A stretch of 64,000 nucleotides of DNA, from positions 83,703,411-83,767,410 of the forward strand of contig NC_052157.1 in assembly GCF_902713615.1 (NCBI RefSeq), in the 5' to 3' direction. The stretch is from Scyliorhinus canicula (lineage: Eukaryota). The notes beneath the pieces are model-generated. The model was not told the DNA's origin and searched no databases. It saw only the letters and a list, made by a program, of their open reading frames with translations. Below are positions 22,338 to 34,832 of the stretch, in pieces. Position 1 is the stretch's first letter, and each line of letters begins with the position of its first letter. A program made the translations under genes and the position numbers.

Positions 22338-25300
22338 AAAACATAGAACATAGAACATTACAGTGCAGCACAGGCCCTTCGGCACTCGATGTTGCGCCGT
22401 CCTGTGAAACCCCTCTAAAGTCCCTCTACACTATTCCCTTATCGTCCATATGCCTATCCAATGACCATTTGAATGCGTTTAGTGTTGGCGAATCCACGAC
22501 GGTTGCAGGCAGGGCATTCCACGCCCTTAATACTCTCTGAGTAAAGAACTACCTCTGACATCTGTCCTATATATATCTCCCCGCAATTTAAAGCTATCTC
22601 TCCTCGTGATGGACATCACCATTCTAGGAAAAAAGGCTCTCAATGTCCACCCTATCTAATCCTCTGATAATCTTTTATGTTTCAATTAAGTCACCGCTTA
22701 ACCTTCTTCTCTCTAATGAAAATAGCCTCAAGTCCTTCAGCCTTTCCTCATATGATCTTCCCTCTATACCAGGCAACATCCTTGTAAATCTCCTCTGTAC
22801 CCTTTCCAATGCTTCCACATCCTTCCTAGACTGTGGCGACCAGAACTGTACGCAAAAGTCGAAATGTGGCGGCACCAGAGTTTTGTACAACTGCAACATG
22901 ACCTCATGGCTCCGAAACTCAATTCCTCTACCAACAAAATCTAACACACCGTACGCATTCTGAAGAACCCTCTCAACCTGGGTGGCAACTTTCAGGGTTC
23001 TATGGACATGGACAATGAGATCTCTCTGCTCCTCCACATTACCAAGAATCTTACAATAGCACAGTGCTCTGTCTTCCTGTTATTCCTTCTAAAATTAATC
23101 ACCTCGCACTTTTCTGCATTAAACTCCATTTGCCACCTGTCAGCCCAGCTCTGCAGTTTATCTATGTCCCTCTGTAATTTGTAACATCTTTCTGCACTGT
23201 CCACAACTCCACCGACTTTAGTGTCATGTGCAAATTTACTCACCCATTCTTATACGCCCTCCTCCAGGTCATTTATAAAAATGACAAACAGCAGCGGCCC
23301 CAAAACAGATCCTTGTGGTACACCACTAGTAACTGGAAACCAGTCAGAAAATTTCCCACCAACCAGCACCCTTTGTCTTCTATCAGCTACCCAATTTCTA
23401 ATCAAACTGCTAAATCACCCCGAATCCCATGCCTTTGTATTTTATGCAATAGCCTATCGTGTGGAACCCTATCAAACGCTTTACTGAAATCCATATACAC
23501 CACATCAACTGAGTTACCCTCATCCACCTGTTTGGTCAACTTCTCGATGAACTCAGTGAGGTTTGTGAGGCACGACCTACCGTTCACAAAACCATGTTGA
23601 TTATCTCTAATTAAATTATTCCTTTCCAGATGATTATACATCCTATCTCTTATAAACATTTCTAAGACTTTTCCCACAACAGAATTAAGACTCACCGGTC
23701 TATAGTTACCGGGATTATCTCTACTCCCCTTCTTGAACAAGGGGACAACATTTGCTATCCTCCAGCCCTCTGGCATTATTCCTGTAGACAAAGATGACTT
23801 AAAGATCAAAGCCAAAAGCTCAGCAATCTGCTCTAACTTCCCAGAGAATCCTAGGATAAATCCCATTCGGCCCAGGGGCTATATCTATTTTCACACTTTC
23901 CGGAATGGCAGACACCTCCTTCTTATGAAACACAAGCCCTTCTAGTCAAGTAGCCTGTATCTCAGTATTCTCCTCGACACATTTGGCTTTTTCCTGTGTG
24001 AATATAGACAAAAAATACTTATTTAGCACCTCTCCTATCCCCCCGGACTGCACGCACAACTTCCCACTACTGTCCTTGACTGGCTCTACTCTTACCTTAG
24101 TTATTCTTTTATTCCTGACATACCTGTAGAAAGCTTTAGGGTTATCCTTGATCCTACCTGCCAAAAAATTATCATGTCCTCGCTTGGCTCTTCTTAGCTC
24201 TCTCTTTAGAGCCCTCCTGGCTAATTTGTAACTCTCAAGCGACCCAACTGAACCATCACGTCTCATCTTCACATCTTCTTCTTCCTCTTGACACGTGTTT
24301 CAACTGCTTTACTAACTCATGGTTCCCCCGCTCGACGACTTCCTCCCTGCCTAACAGGTACATACTTATCATGGACACGCAGTAGCTGTTCTTTGAACAT
24401 GCTCCATATTTCCATTGTGTCCATCCCCTGCAGTTTTCCTCTCCAGCTGATGCATCCTATGTCCTATCTCATCGCATCATAATTGCCTTTCCCCCAGCTA
24501 TAAATGTTGCCCTGTTATGTACACCTATCCCTTTCCATCGCTAAAGTAAACGTAATCGAATTGTGGTCACTATCGCCAAAGTGCTCACCTACCTCCAAAT
24601 CTAATACCTGTCCTGGTTCATTACCCAATACCAAATCCAATACGGCCTCTCCTCTTTTTGAACTATCTACATACTGCATCAAGAAACCCTCCTGCACACA
24701 TTGGACAAAAACGGCCCCATCTAAAATACTCGAACTATAGTGTTTCCAGTCAATATTTGGAAAGTTAATGTCCCCCATAACAACTACCCTGTTATTTTCG
24801 ATCATATCCAGAATCATCTTTGCAATACTTTCCTCTGCATCTCTGGACCTTTTCGGAGGCCTAGAGAAAAGCCCTAACAGCGTGACCTCTCCTTTCCTGT
24901 TTCTTAACTCAGACCATACTACCTCAGTATTTGAGTCCTCATCAAATGTCCTCTCAGCCACCGTAATACTGTCCTTGACTAACAATGCCACCCCTCCCCC
25001 TCTCTTACCACCTTCTCTGAGCTTTCTGAAATAGCTAAACCCCGGCAACTGCAACAACCGTTCCACACCCTGATCTATCCATGTCTCCGAAATGGCCACA
25101 TCATCGAATTCCCAGGTACTGACCCATGCCGCAAGCTCACCCACCTTATTCCGGATGCTCCTGGCATTGAAATAGACGCACTTTAAACCACATTCCTTAC
25201 TGCCGGTACATATCAGCAACTTTGAAACCTTACTCATGACCTCACTACACTCAGCTTCTTGTGTACTGGAGCTACATTTCAGGTTCCCAAACCCCTGTTG

Positions 25301-25860
25301 AACTAGTTAAATCCCTCCCAAAGAGCATTAGCAAACCACCCCCCCCCCCAGGATATTATTACCCCACTGGTCCACGTGTTGACCATCCCGTTTGTAGACG
25401 TCCCACCTACCCCAGAATGAACCCCAATTGTCCAGGAATCTGAAAAACTCCCTCCTGCACCATCCCTGCAGCCACGTGTTCAACTGCTCTCTCTCCCTAT
25501 TCCTCGACACGTTAGCACGTGGCACGGGTAACAACCCAGAGATAATAACTCTGTCCTGAACCTAAGTTTCCACCCTAGCTCCCTGAATTCATGCCTTACA
25601 TCCCTATCCCTTTTCCTACCTATGTCGTTGGTACATATGTCGAAAATCCGGAGGCTGCTCTCGCTTCCCAACGACCGTGGGTTTTTTTTGGTTAGAGGAC
25701 GGGGTAGGGGGGGGGACACTGAGGAAGTGTTTCGGGTTTAACTGTCACTTGTCAACAGCCCCATCCACAAACCACCTTCAACTTACGCTGACCGCACTGC
25801 ACGTATGCAAATCTCCCCGGAACAGCCAAACAGTAGCTCCGCTCTTCTGCCTTCTGCTGG
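22338..25860 (-). mobile_element. CR1 LINE with esterase ORF1 remnant, endonuclease, RT and (CTATGTT)n tail; multiply disrupted
   Basis: ORFs 25328-25719 (ICTNDIG, FLDNWGSFWGR), 24515-25237 (YFNARSI, GDSDHNSI), 23402-23866, 22992-23243, 22675-23037. Confidence 0.92.
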
Positions 25861-27822
25861 ATCTAACACTTGCTTTTAATGATCACGATTGAAAATCAGT
25901 GTTGTTTGGACAGCTGGTTTCGAAGGGTTGAATATTTACAGGGAATTCCAATTTTACTGTTAAGAATTCAAATCAAGTAACACTAATGCTAGAAAGGTCA
26001 TAATATCTACTGCTGGGGCTGACATAAAGCACCCATGATCCAATGCAAAATATATTTTGCCACCACTCTTGAATCTGCATTGAACCGTGTTTGTCAAATG
26101 CAGACCATCAGAACCAATGTTTGGAAATCTGATAAGGTAAGTGACGGGTACCAATTGGAGCGACAGAAGTACAAACAAGTCGTACTTTTTTCTTATTTTC
26201 ATAGTATACACAGTAACACAGATCAACAGGTTAACATATCTTCGGAACTGGCAGACAAACATGTCACATACCCAGGTTGGTGATATTATGACGACGGTGT
26301 GTAGAATATTCAGGCCAGTGCATCTCATTAGGTTTCCTGCTCGCCCACCTGGATATCCACTGTCTGCCCTGGGATAAGAACGCATCTCAAAAAAACAACA
26401 AACTGCCATTTAGCAATATAATACCAGTATAACGGGGCATTGAAAAGGAGCAAGCATGTCAGAAACCGTGGAAACAGGTTAACATCATAGAATCTGACGC
26501 CAACTGCATTTATCCATGTCAAGTGGCTTGTTTCTCTGCAGACATTACTAGCCGAACGTCTTTTCAGCTGTGATATTTTAGTTTCAACTGCCACGGGAAA
26601 TCAGACCTCTGCTCACATGCATTAGATTTTGGAGAGAGGCGTTCCATTACGCCCCACAGGTTGAACAAATTAACTGAAGAATATGTGTTGAAGGCCTTCG
26701 ACGTTGCACCATCAGGCACGGATGAATTCCTGCCTTCAGGAATGAATATCTGATGGAATCACATTTATTTCTATTGCATCAGTTGAAACAGTTCAAGTGT
26801 TTGTTAACATCAGTAGCGATCTGTTTCCCTCAGTTTCCGAGTCGATATGATGGCATTATATATTTACCTGCCAACTGTTCAAAGCTCCTCTCATCTGCAA
26901 AGAAGATGCCGGTTGACAGTTTCAAAATAATGTCAATTCAACATGAAAGATGATCCGAATAATCCCTGGCGGCCTGTTATATTGTGTTGCACCGACTGGT
27001 ATCACAGATACCAACATTTTGCTCCGGCTGTGACACCAATATCACCATATATAAGGTCTTTCAATGAAGTAGGTGTTAATCACAATCACTCCGTTTTCAT
27101 TTACTGCCAGATATGTAACTGCGAAAATTACACAACTGTTATAGGAATTAGCATTTTCATGGTTCAGGCACACCTAGAATCAGCTTTGGTATAATCCGCC
27201 CCCTCGCACCCACTCCCTCCATCTTCAAACAGGTCCGCATTGCAACCGGTTCCATTGACATCACCTCATCAAATCTGAAGGTCAGCACAGATCACAAGGA
27301 AAAACGTTGCGCGCTTTAGCTCCTTAAAAAAGCTGGGAAATGTTGTGAAATTTGCGTGGTCTAATTGGGATTTCGCAGGCGTTAAATTCTGTAATGCTTG
27401 ACCCTTTATTTTTACAGAGCTGTCTGTTTTCCGTCTTTTTAAATATCACGACTATTTATTATTTTCAGAGATAAATAATCACAATCGGTGATCACACGTA
27501 ACTTTAATGAAAAGTATCAAACCTGTTTTGTCAGAAAGCCGCAAATGAAATGCAGAGAATAAAAACATGGTTCCCAATTTCCAGCGTAATTAACAAAGTT
27601 AGGAAGAGCGATTATGGTGTTTAGCGATGGCTTCTAATGTTTTGAGACCGTCAGTTGAAGATATTACGTCAGCATTGAGTTGTGGGACATTCGAAATATT
27701 CAAAAAGCCACAACATTATTTTCGTTGACACTATATTAATTCTCAATCTTTCATCGGCAGATTATAAGTGACAGACTTTGACTTGGATACGGTGTGCTTG
27801 AAGTCAAAATCAAGAGTGCCTA

Positions 27823-28310
27823 TGAGGAATTGAACAAATTAATGTGATATAAAATAGGATTATTAGTTAAAATAGTATAGATAATAGGGCCGGTCCGATG
27901 GTGGTGAGCTCACAGACAAAGGACAAAGGAATTCAACAAAGCCTGGCTAGAAAGGGGGAGGGTAGCCTCGTGGAGAGAATGGTGAAAAGGATGCTGGGTA
28001 ACAAGAGGCCCAGGATTGGAAAATGTAAAGAGAGCCAATCAGGATATATGTCCAGGTCAGAAGGTGTATAGAATGACCAATGGGAAGCTTGTATGCGAAT
28101 CCTGATGTGATTCAATCAACATGTGCTGTGATTTATTTGTTCTCACCCTCACTAACGTTTGGGAGCTCTAGAAGACAGCTGCGTGTTCTAATGTCCCACG
28201 GGTGAGTCAGCCTTGCAAGCTGGTGGAAATAAAACAATAATTGATACCTGCAGATCCGTCTCAGATTTTATTGAGCCCAGACTGGCAGCAAAAGGATCAG
28301 GGATTGAACA
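27823..28310 (+). repeat. 5' LTR
   Basis: TGAGGAATTG...GGATTGAACA; direct repeat of 36431-37256; AATAAA at ~28228. Confidence 0.95.
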
Positions 28311-28312
28311 TT

Positions 28313-28330
28313 TGGTGCCGAAATTCGGGA
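28313..28330 (+). promoter_or_regulatory. Primer binding site, tRNA-Phe
   Basis: TGGTGCCGAAATTCGGGA versus TGGTGCCGAAACCCGGGA, the complement of the vertebrate tRNA-Phe 3' end (16/18). Confidence 0.85.
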
Positions 28331-29111
28331 TTTCTCGAGATACTCGCCTCTCATCTTCGAAATCAGAATTGGACTGCTCTCGGAAGGGGAAAAAGGAAAT
28401 GGACCCACGATATGAGTAGACAAATTTCGCCATACCGATTTACCTCTCTCTCGTATTCTGTTAACAGTCCAATCACTCGCATTTGATCAAGTAAGATCGT
28501 CTCGACGAAATGAAAGGTCAGTCTGGTGGATTAGAAGAATTGATTTCAATCGATGCAGGTACGACTGAGGATTGGAATGAGGTAACAATTCAGCTGGTGA
28601 CTGATGGAATGTTGCCTGGTCAGTCAGTTGCATGTGAGTAGAAAATTAAAATTCGTTATATTAAATTACACTTTAATTCGGTTCAGGTCTTTAACAGGTT
28701 GATAGGATGTCGCAGAATCAGTTCAGTAAAAGACCGCTGATGAGATGTTTGCGGACAGCTCAATTCCGTACAATTATAATTGGCTAAGTTAAAATCTATT
28801 GTTGGAAGATGTGGGTGTTTTTTGAGTGAAACAAAGAATTGGGAGATGAATGGCCACTAGTGGGAACCAGAGACAAGGGGACGTTTCGAATCGTGTCTGA
28901 GAGCTCTCAGAAAAAAAGAGATTATGTTTTAATTATTTAAACAATTCCAATTTGTATTGTTTGGTTGGTTGAGATGAATGAAAGTATATTGATTTGAATT
29001 CATTTTGGTTGAATGGAGATCTCAAATTAATGAATGAGTCCGTTTAATAAGAATTCGTGCATTCCTAGTTTTTTATATGTTGTGTTTTGCAAAACGCAGT
29101 TGAACAGTTGA

Positions 29112-29517
29112 ACTGTCTGTGGAAGTAGTTGAGTCGGAAATGTTAGGGACCTTCAAGCGGCAATTGGATAGGTACATGGATTAAGGTAGAATAATGGTGT
29201 GCAGATTAATTTCTTCTTAAGGGCAGCACGGTAGCATTGTGGATAGCACAATTGCTTCACAGCTCCAGGGTCCCGAGTTCGATTTCGACTTGGGTCACTG
29301 TCTGTGTGGAGTCTGCACATCCTCCCCGTGTGTGCGTGGGTTTCCCCCCGGTTCTCCGGTTTCCTCCCACAGTCCAAAGGTGTGCAGGTTGGGTGGATTG
29401 GCCATGATAAATTGTCCTTAGTGTCTAAAATTCTATGATTAACCTAGGACAAATGTTCGGCACAGCATCGTGGGCCGAAGGGCCTGTTCTGTGCTGTATT
29501 TCTCTCTATCTATATCT
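29112..29517 (+). mobile_element. 5'-truncated CR1 3' end containing an embedded V-SINE (29221-~29427)
   Basis: Matches the reverse complement of 52421-52815 across both LINE/SINE junctions. Confidence 0.88.
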
Positions 29518-30047
29518 AACATTAATTAGGAAGTTTTGAAGTGAGATTTAAAACGGGGTATGTATTTTTAAGTTCTTAGATAATCAGTTATAATGATTAA
29601 CGTTGTGGGAGTTAATTAGAACATAATGCTCAGGGAGCAAACAAAAAGCAAAGTCAAAATGTATAAATTGGGATTTGTAAATAATTAGTTGCAACTCAGC
29701 ATAGTTTTGGCTGCAAAAAAAATAATTGTGGAATAATAGAACAATGAAATCTAAATTGAAATGTGAAGACTATGCACTCGGTGTCCACCATGTGCTCCTT
29801 TGTTTGTTCGGTGTGTTCCAAATTTGTTGAGATTTCAGTATTTTCTCTGGAAACTCACAACACCGCAAATTTACTGATCGGGGATTTTCATACAGCAAAG
29901 GTTATGGATGTTCTTTCTCTTTTTTTGGACTACATTGCAGAAGGAGCTTTAAGGAATAAAGATATTAGACCAGAAGTTAGACATAACATTATAGAGGGGG
30001 TGTTTGGCAATAGAAACGTTAGAGCCGGAGTTAGATTAGGAGAATTA

Positions 30048-30378
30048 AGGGGCCTCCCGGTAGCATGGTGGTTAGCATCAATGCTTCACAGCTCCAGGGT
30101 CCCAGGTTCGATTCCCGGCTGGGTCACTGTCTGTGTGGAGTCTGCACGTCCTCCCTGTGTGTGCGTGGGTTTCCTCCGGGTGCTCCGGTTTCCTCCCACA
30201 GTCCAAAGATGTGCAGGTTAGGTGGATTGGCCATGCTAAATTGCCCGTAGTGTAAGGTTAATGGGAGGATTGTTGGGTTACGGGTATACGGGTTACGTGG
30301 GTTTAAGTAGGGTGATCATTGCTCGGCACAACATCGAGGGCCGAAGGGCCTGTTCTTTGCTGTACTGTTCTATGTTCT
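30048..30378 (+). mobile_element. HE1-type V-SINE, full length, AATTA TSD
   Basis: tRNA-like head (TAGCATGGTGG A box, GGTTCGATTCC B box), V-domain core, CR1-like tail ending TGTTCTATGTTCT; AATTA at 30043-47 and 30379-83. Confidence 0.9.
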
Positions 30379-32210
30379 AATTACTTGCAGTAACAGGAAA
30401 TAAGAATCTGATGACTGAAAGATTTAATAAAATTAAGACGATGAAGGAAAAAAATAGGATATTAAAACCAATTGATAACAGAGAGGAAGTGTGGGTGAAA
30501 CAACCGAATAAAACCAGAGGAAAAGTAATCAGTGTGGCTGTGACAGGTAAAGACAAAATCATAAAAAATGTGGGGGAACATATAATTGAATTAGAGAACC
30601 ATGGCGTCTGGATCAAAAGAATTTTAAAAATCTGGTCAAATTGAACAATAACAGAGAAATTATGATACTCCATAGGCAGCCAATGGGCAATGAGCGTAGG
30701 AACGTAATCAGTAAAGAATTAAATGTATGGAATGAAAGATCAAGGGCAGTGATTAATGGCCCTCAGTTTAAAATGATTCACAGTGAGCGTGAGGAAACAA
30801 CATGTCAGGGCTGTGGGGCATTTTGTCGCCCCATTGTTTGGACAGGTTTTAATCATATGAAATACAGGAGACTCTCAGATACTGGGTATTCAGGATTATT
30901 GATAATGCATTTGCAAAGACAGCGATGGGCGATGCTGCAGCCGCCAGGGAGATTTGAGGCATTCAGTTTTGCCATGATTGTTTTGTGAAATATCAGGCAA
31001 CTTTAATGATTGAGGTTTGTGACCACAGGGTAGATTTTGAATTCAAGAAGTGTCAGTGGAAGTGAGATGGTAGATTAATGACAACGTGCAATTACTGAAA
31101 CGATAATTTGGCCGACAACAATGTGACTCTAAATGGCTGTGCCAGCTTGTGGACTTCTGGTATCGACTCGTGAGGAAGTGCGTAGTTTATGCTGTTGGGA
31201 TGACCTGGGGGAGTAAAATTAGCCTAACAGTGTTAGAGACAGTATAACCGAAATGATGCCATGCCACAGGATAGATCATATCCCCAATTCGCTTAGATAA
31301 GGGAAAAATGAATGTTTCGGTGCGGGTGTCAGGATGCCAGTGAACTGAAACCTGTTAGCAGCATCAATATGACAGATGATACAGTGACATTTTATGTTCG
31401 GAACTTATCGTGTCACAATCAGAATTAAAAAACATTGAAGTGGATGCAGTAGCAATATCCAAAATGTATCAGGGGCAGTTTCGAGCTGATTGAATCACTG
31501 AGTTAGAAAAAGAGGAATAGTGGCAATAGAAATCCTGGAGATGGTACTTCTGAATATCCAAGCAAGGATAGGAAGATACAAATCAAGAAATAGGGCCCTC
31601 TCCGCCTTTGACCTGTTCATTTGAGTTTCAGATGAAGCAACAATAATACAGATGAAGAACCTAAACAACACTCCGAAAAAGAATGTTTCAGACAGTTTGG
31701 GGGGGCGGGGCGGGGGGTGGGGGAACTAATGATACAATTGACCACATATTTGAGGGAATTAAATTATAGAGCCCGGAATAAAAACCTTACGGTTCAGCAA
31801 CAAATCAAAATATCAAATTATTACTGAATAGTGAAACCTCCGGTCAGACATCTTTAACTGGACGTTAGATGATCGGCGATCTGTGGCCTCCAGGAGGGGG
31901 GTATTACGTGGTGGACTTATTAAGGCTCTCGGCAGACAGCAGCGACTGACGAGGAACCCCCGTTTTTTATATGACAATAGTGTAAGAATCTTGGCAGCTT
32001 GTTGCCGCGATGGGAGATTGTAAACAATGCAGCAACCAATATAGCTTTGGAAAGTATAACAGTTATTACAGATGACATGTCCTTTAAGTTGTTTGGGACT
32101 GTTATGTATGGATTCAATTGGGTTGTAACCACAAAAAGTTAACTCTATTAAGTGTGCGAGTGGTGTTCTAAAAAAAACCGAATAATGGCAAGTATACAAT
32201 TCATGTATAC

Positions 32211-33262
32211 TTGCTCTGTTTCACAGAGACATGGCTCACCCCCGCCTCACCGGACTGTGCCATACAACCTGAAGGCTTCTCTATTCACCAGGCGGACCGC
32301 ACGGCATCTTCAGGCAAAACGAAGGGTGGAGGGGTTTGCCTCCTCATCAACTCCTCCTGGTGCTTGGATGTGGTGACCCTGGCGACCTACTGCTCCCCAG
32401 ACCTCGAATACCTGACCGTAAAGTGCCGCCCATACTATCTTCCATGTGAGTTCACTTCAGCCATTATCACAGCGGTCTACATCCCACCCCAGGCAGAAGT
32501 GAGGAAGGCGCTGGATGAACTGTACACAGTCATAAACAGCCAGGAGGCCCTGTTCATTGTGGCCGGAGACTTCAACAAAGCCAACCTCAAGAGTGTACTG
32601 CCAAAATTCCACCAGCACATCTCCTGTACCACCCGGGGCGACAACACTCTTGACCACTGCTACTCAAAAATCAAGGGAGCCTACCGTTCCATCCCCCGAC
32701 CGCACTTTGGGAAATCAGACCATAAGACTGTGCTCCTTCTCCCGGCTTACAAGCAGAAACTCAAGCGGGAGAATTCAGCTAAGAAGATTGTGCAGTGCTG
32801 GTCTGAGGAGACAGAAGAGCTCTTACGTGACTGCTTGGAGACAGTGGACTGGTCCATATTTAAGAACTCAGCGACTAACTTAAATGAGTATGTCACCACC
32901 GTCACAGACTTCATCAGCAAATGTGTGGACGACTGCGTGCCAAAGAAAGCAGTACGTACGTTCTCCAATCGGAACCCATGGCTCAACCGCGAGATTGACT
33001 CCCTACTGAAGGACAGATCTGAGGCGTTCAAGGCAGACGACCCTGTCCTATACAAGAAATCCAGGTACGACCTCCGCAAAGCCATCCGAGATGCCAAGAG
33101 AGAATATCAAACTATTATGTATTCGCATGTACTTTCTTGAATTCTGTTCAATTCCCTTTTCTTCCCATGTACTGAATGATCTGTTGAACTGCTTGAAGAA
33201 AAATACTTTTCACTGTACCTCGGTACACGTGACAATAAACAAATCCAATCCAATCCAATCCA
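32211..33262 (+). mobile_element. Rex1/Babar-like LINE: endonuclease ORF joined directly to the 3' tail (RT missing)
   Basis: 309-aa ORF with LCFTETWL, GKTKGGGVC, CRPYYLP, AGDFN, TLDHCY, FGKSDH; tail ends (AATCC)n. Confidence 0.88.
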
Positions 33263-33499
33263 TGCTGTAAGGAAAATGATAACGGACAAAAGGGGTTTGA
33301 AGAAACCTGAGCTATTGTCTCATGTAAGCCAGGGCCGGCAAGCTAACATGGTTCAGTACAATGTTTGACGTTAGTGTAAGGAAGTCAGGAATAGAAACAG
33401 GATCGGTTGAAGCTCCTGCAATTAATAAAGCAAGATAATCAGTGGATGATACATGATATAATTTAGCATTGCCATGAGAAACGTAAAACACTTCCTACT

Positions 33500-34790
33500 T
33501 TACAAAAAACCCTGTGAGGGATAAAGACCTTTTGGTCGCTGATGGACTGAGTTGTGTGCTGTTTCTAAGGGATATGAGGAAGCTTTTTACGGTGCTGCTA
33601 CCCCGAGGTAGTCAGATGCCTTGGAGGTACTGGAACAACCGGAAATGACTATTGTGTTGCCTTCCTGAGCGGCGACAGCTATGGTTCACGGTGATTGGAC
33701 TTGATGAAAGTACATAACAAAGGGTCTCTCGGCACTGGTCTGCGAGATGGATGCATTTACCATTGATTTCCGTGCACAGTTTACAAATCATGGCATATAC
33801 ATACGAATGACAAGGCTGAGGGATAGTTGCTAGTCAGTAGAATTATAAGAAGGATTAATCCTAAGGGCAACACGGTAGCATTGTGGATGGCTATCTATCT
33901 AGTCCGATTTAGCTGAGAGTTATCTCTCATAGCTCGGTCATGGGGTTTTACCTGTTGCATGGATTGATATTGCTTGTTATTGTAATTGTATACTTTATAA
34001 TCATTGGATGCCTTAATATGTGTTGTACGTTGGCTATGGCTCGGATGATGCCGATAAGCTTGGCCCATCATTATTCACCAAAGAAGACATCCCGTTACTG
34101 ATAACCATCACACCAGACGGAAGCTGAACGAAGAGCCAGAGGCTGTAAAAATGTGATGAGGTGTTTATGTATGGAATACCGACTCAGTTAAGTTCTGATA
34201 ACGGGCCTCATTTTATTGGACAGATTAACAAGGAGTTCTGCTCCCAGTTGGGCATACGCCAGCAGTTACACTGTGCGTACAGACCGCAGGCGGCTGGGTT
34301 GGTTGAGAGACACAATCAGACCCCCAAAACTAAATTGGCTTAAATAGGAGCGGACACGGGACTGACATGGCTTAAGTTGCTCCCCGTTGCCCTCTTCCAG
34401 CTGTGGGACACACCTGCAGGATCGGCCTGGCTCTCTCCTGCCGAGATCTTTTACGGCAGGCCCATTAGAACACCCTGGAACCTGCCTGTTCCCAGACTGG
34501 TCGAGTTTCACCATATGACTAAAGAAAGGACTAACTATGTTCTATCCCTCACTGAAGACCTCAAGGAACTCCGCAGCCTGTTTTGAGCGGCTCACCTGTC
34601 GCTGTCTCCATTACATAGCTTGCTTTAAGTGCAGCCTACTAATTATGTCATGGTTAAGAACTGGACTCGGAAGGGGTTGGAGCCACAGTGAACGGAGCCC
34701 TTCCAAGTTCTCCTTACCACTCCCACTGCATTTAAAGTGGTGGGGCGGACTACTTGTGTCCACCTCCACCACTACACAATGGTCGGTCAC
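33500..34790 (+). pseudogene. pol: Retroviral integrase remnant
   Basis: YGIPTQLSSDNGPHF..QLHCAYRPQAAGLVERHNQT.KTKL, LSPAEIFYGRP, PFQVLLTTPTAFKV..VHLHH; upstream boundary uncertain. Confidence 0.88.
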
Positions 34791-34832
34791 CAAGCTGCTC
34801 CTTCTCCCAGCGCTTTTTTACAGGTGTGGAGC

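Noticed and set aside
30048-30130. tRNA genes at A/B-box sequences (also 29221, 38328, 38958, 58757)
   Set aside because: These are SINE heads continuing into V-domain and LINE-derived tails, not complete tRNA genes
30065-30250. Recurrent ~60-aa ORF (ASQLQGPRFDSRLGHCLCGVCTSS..) seen four times
   Set aside because: Chance reading frame of the HE1-type SINE
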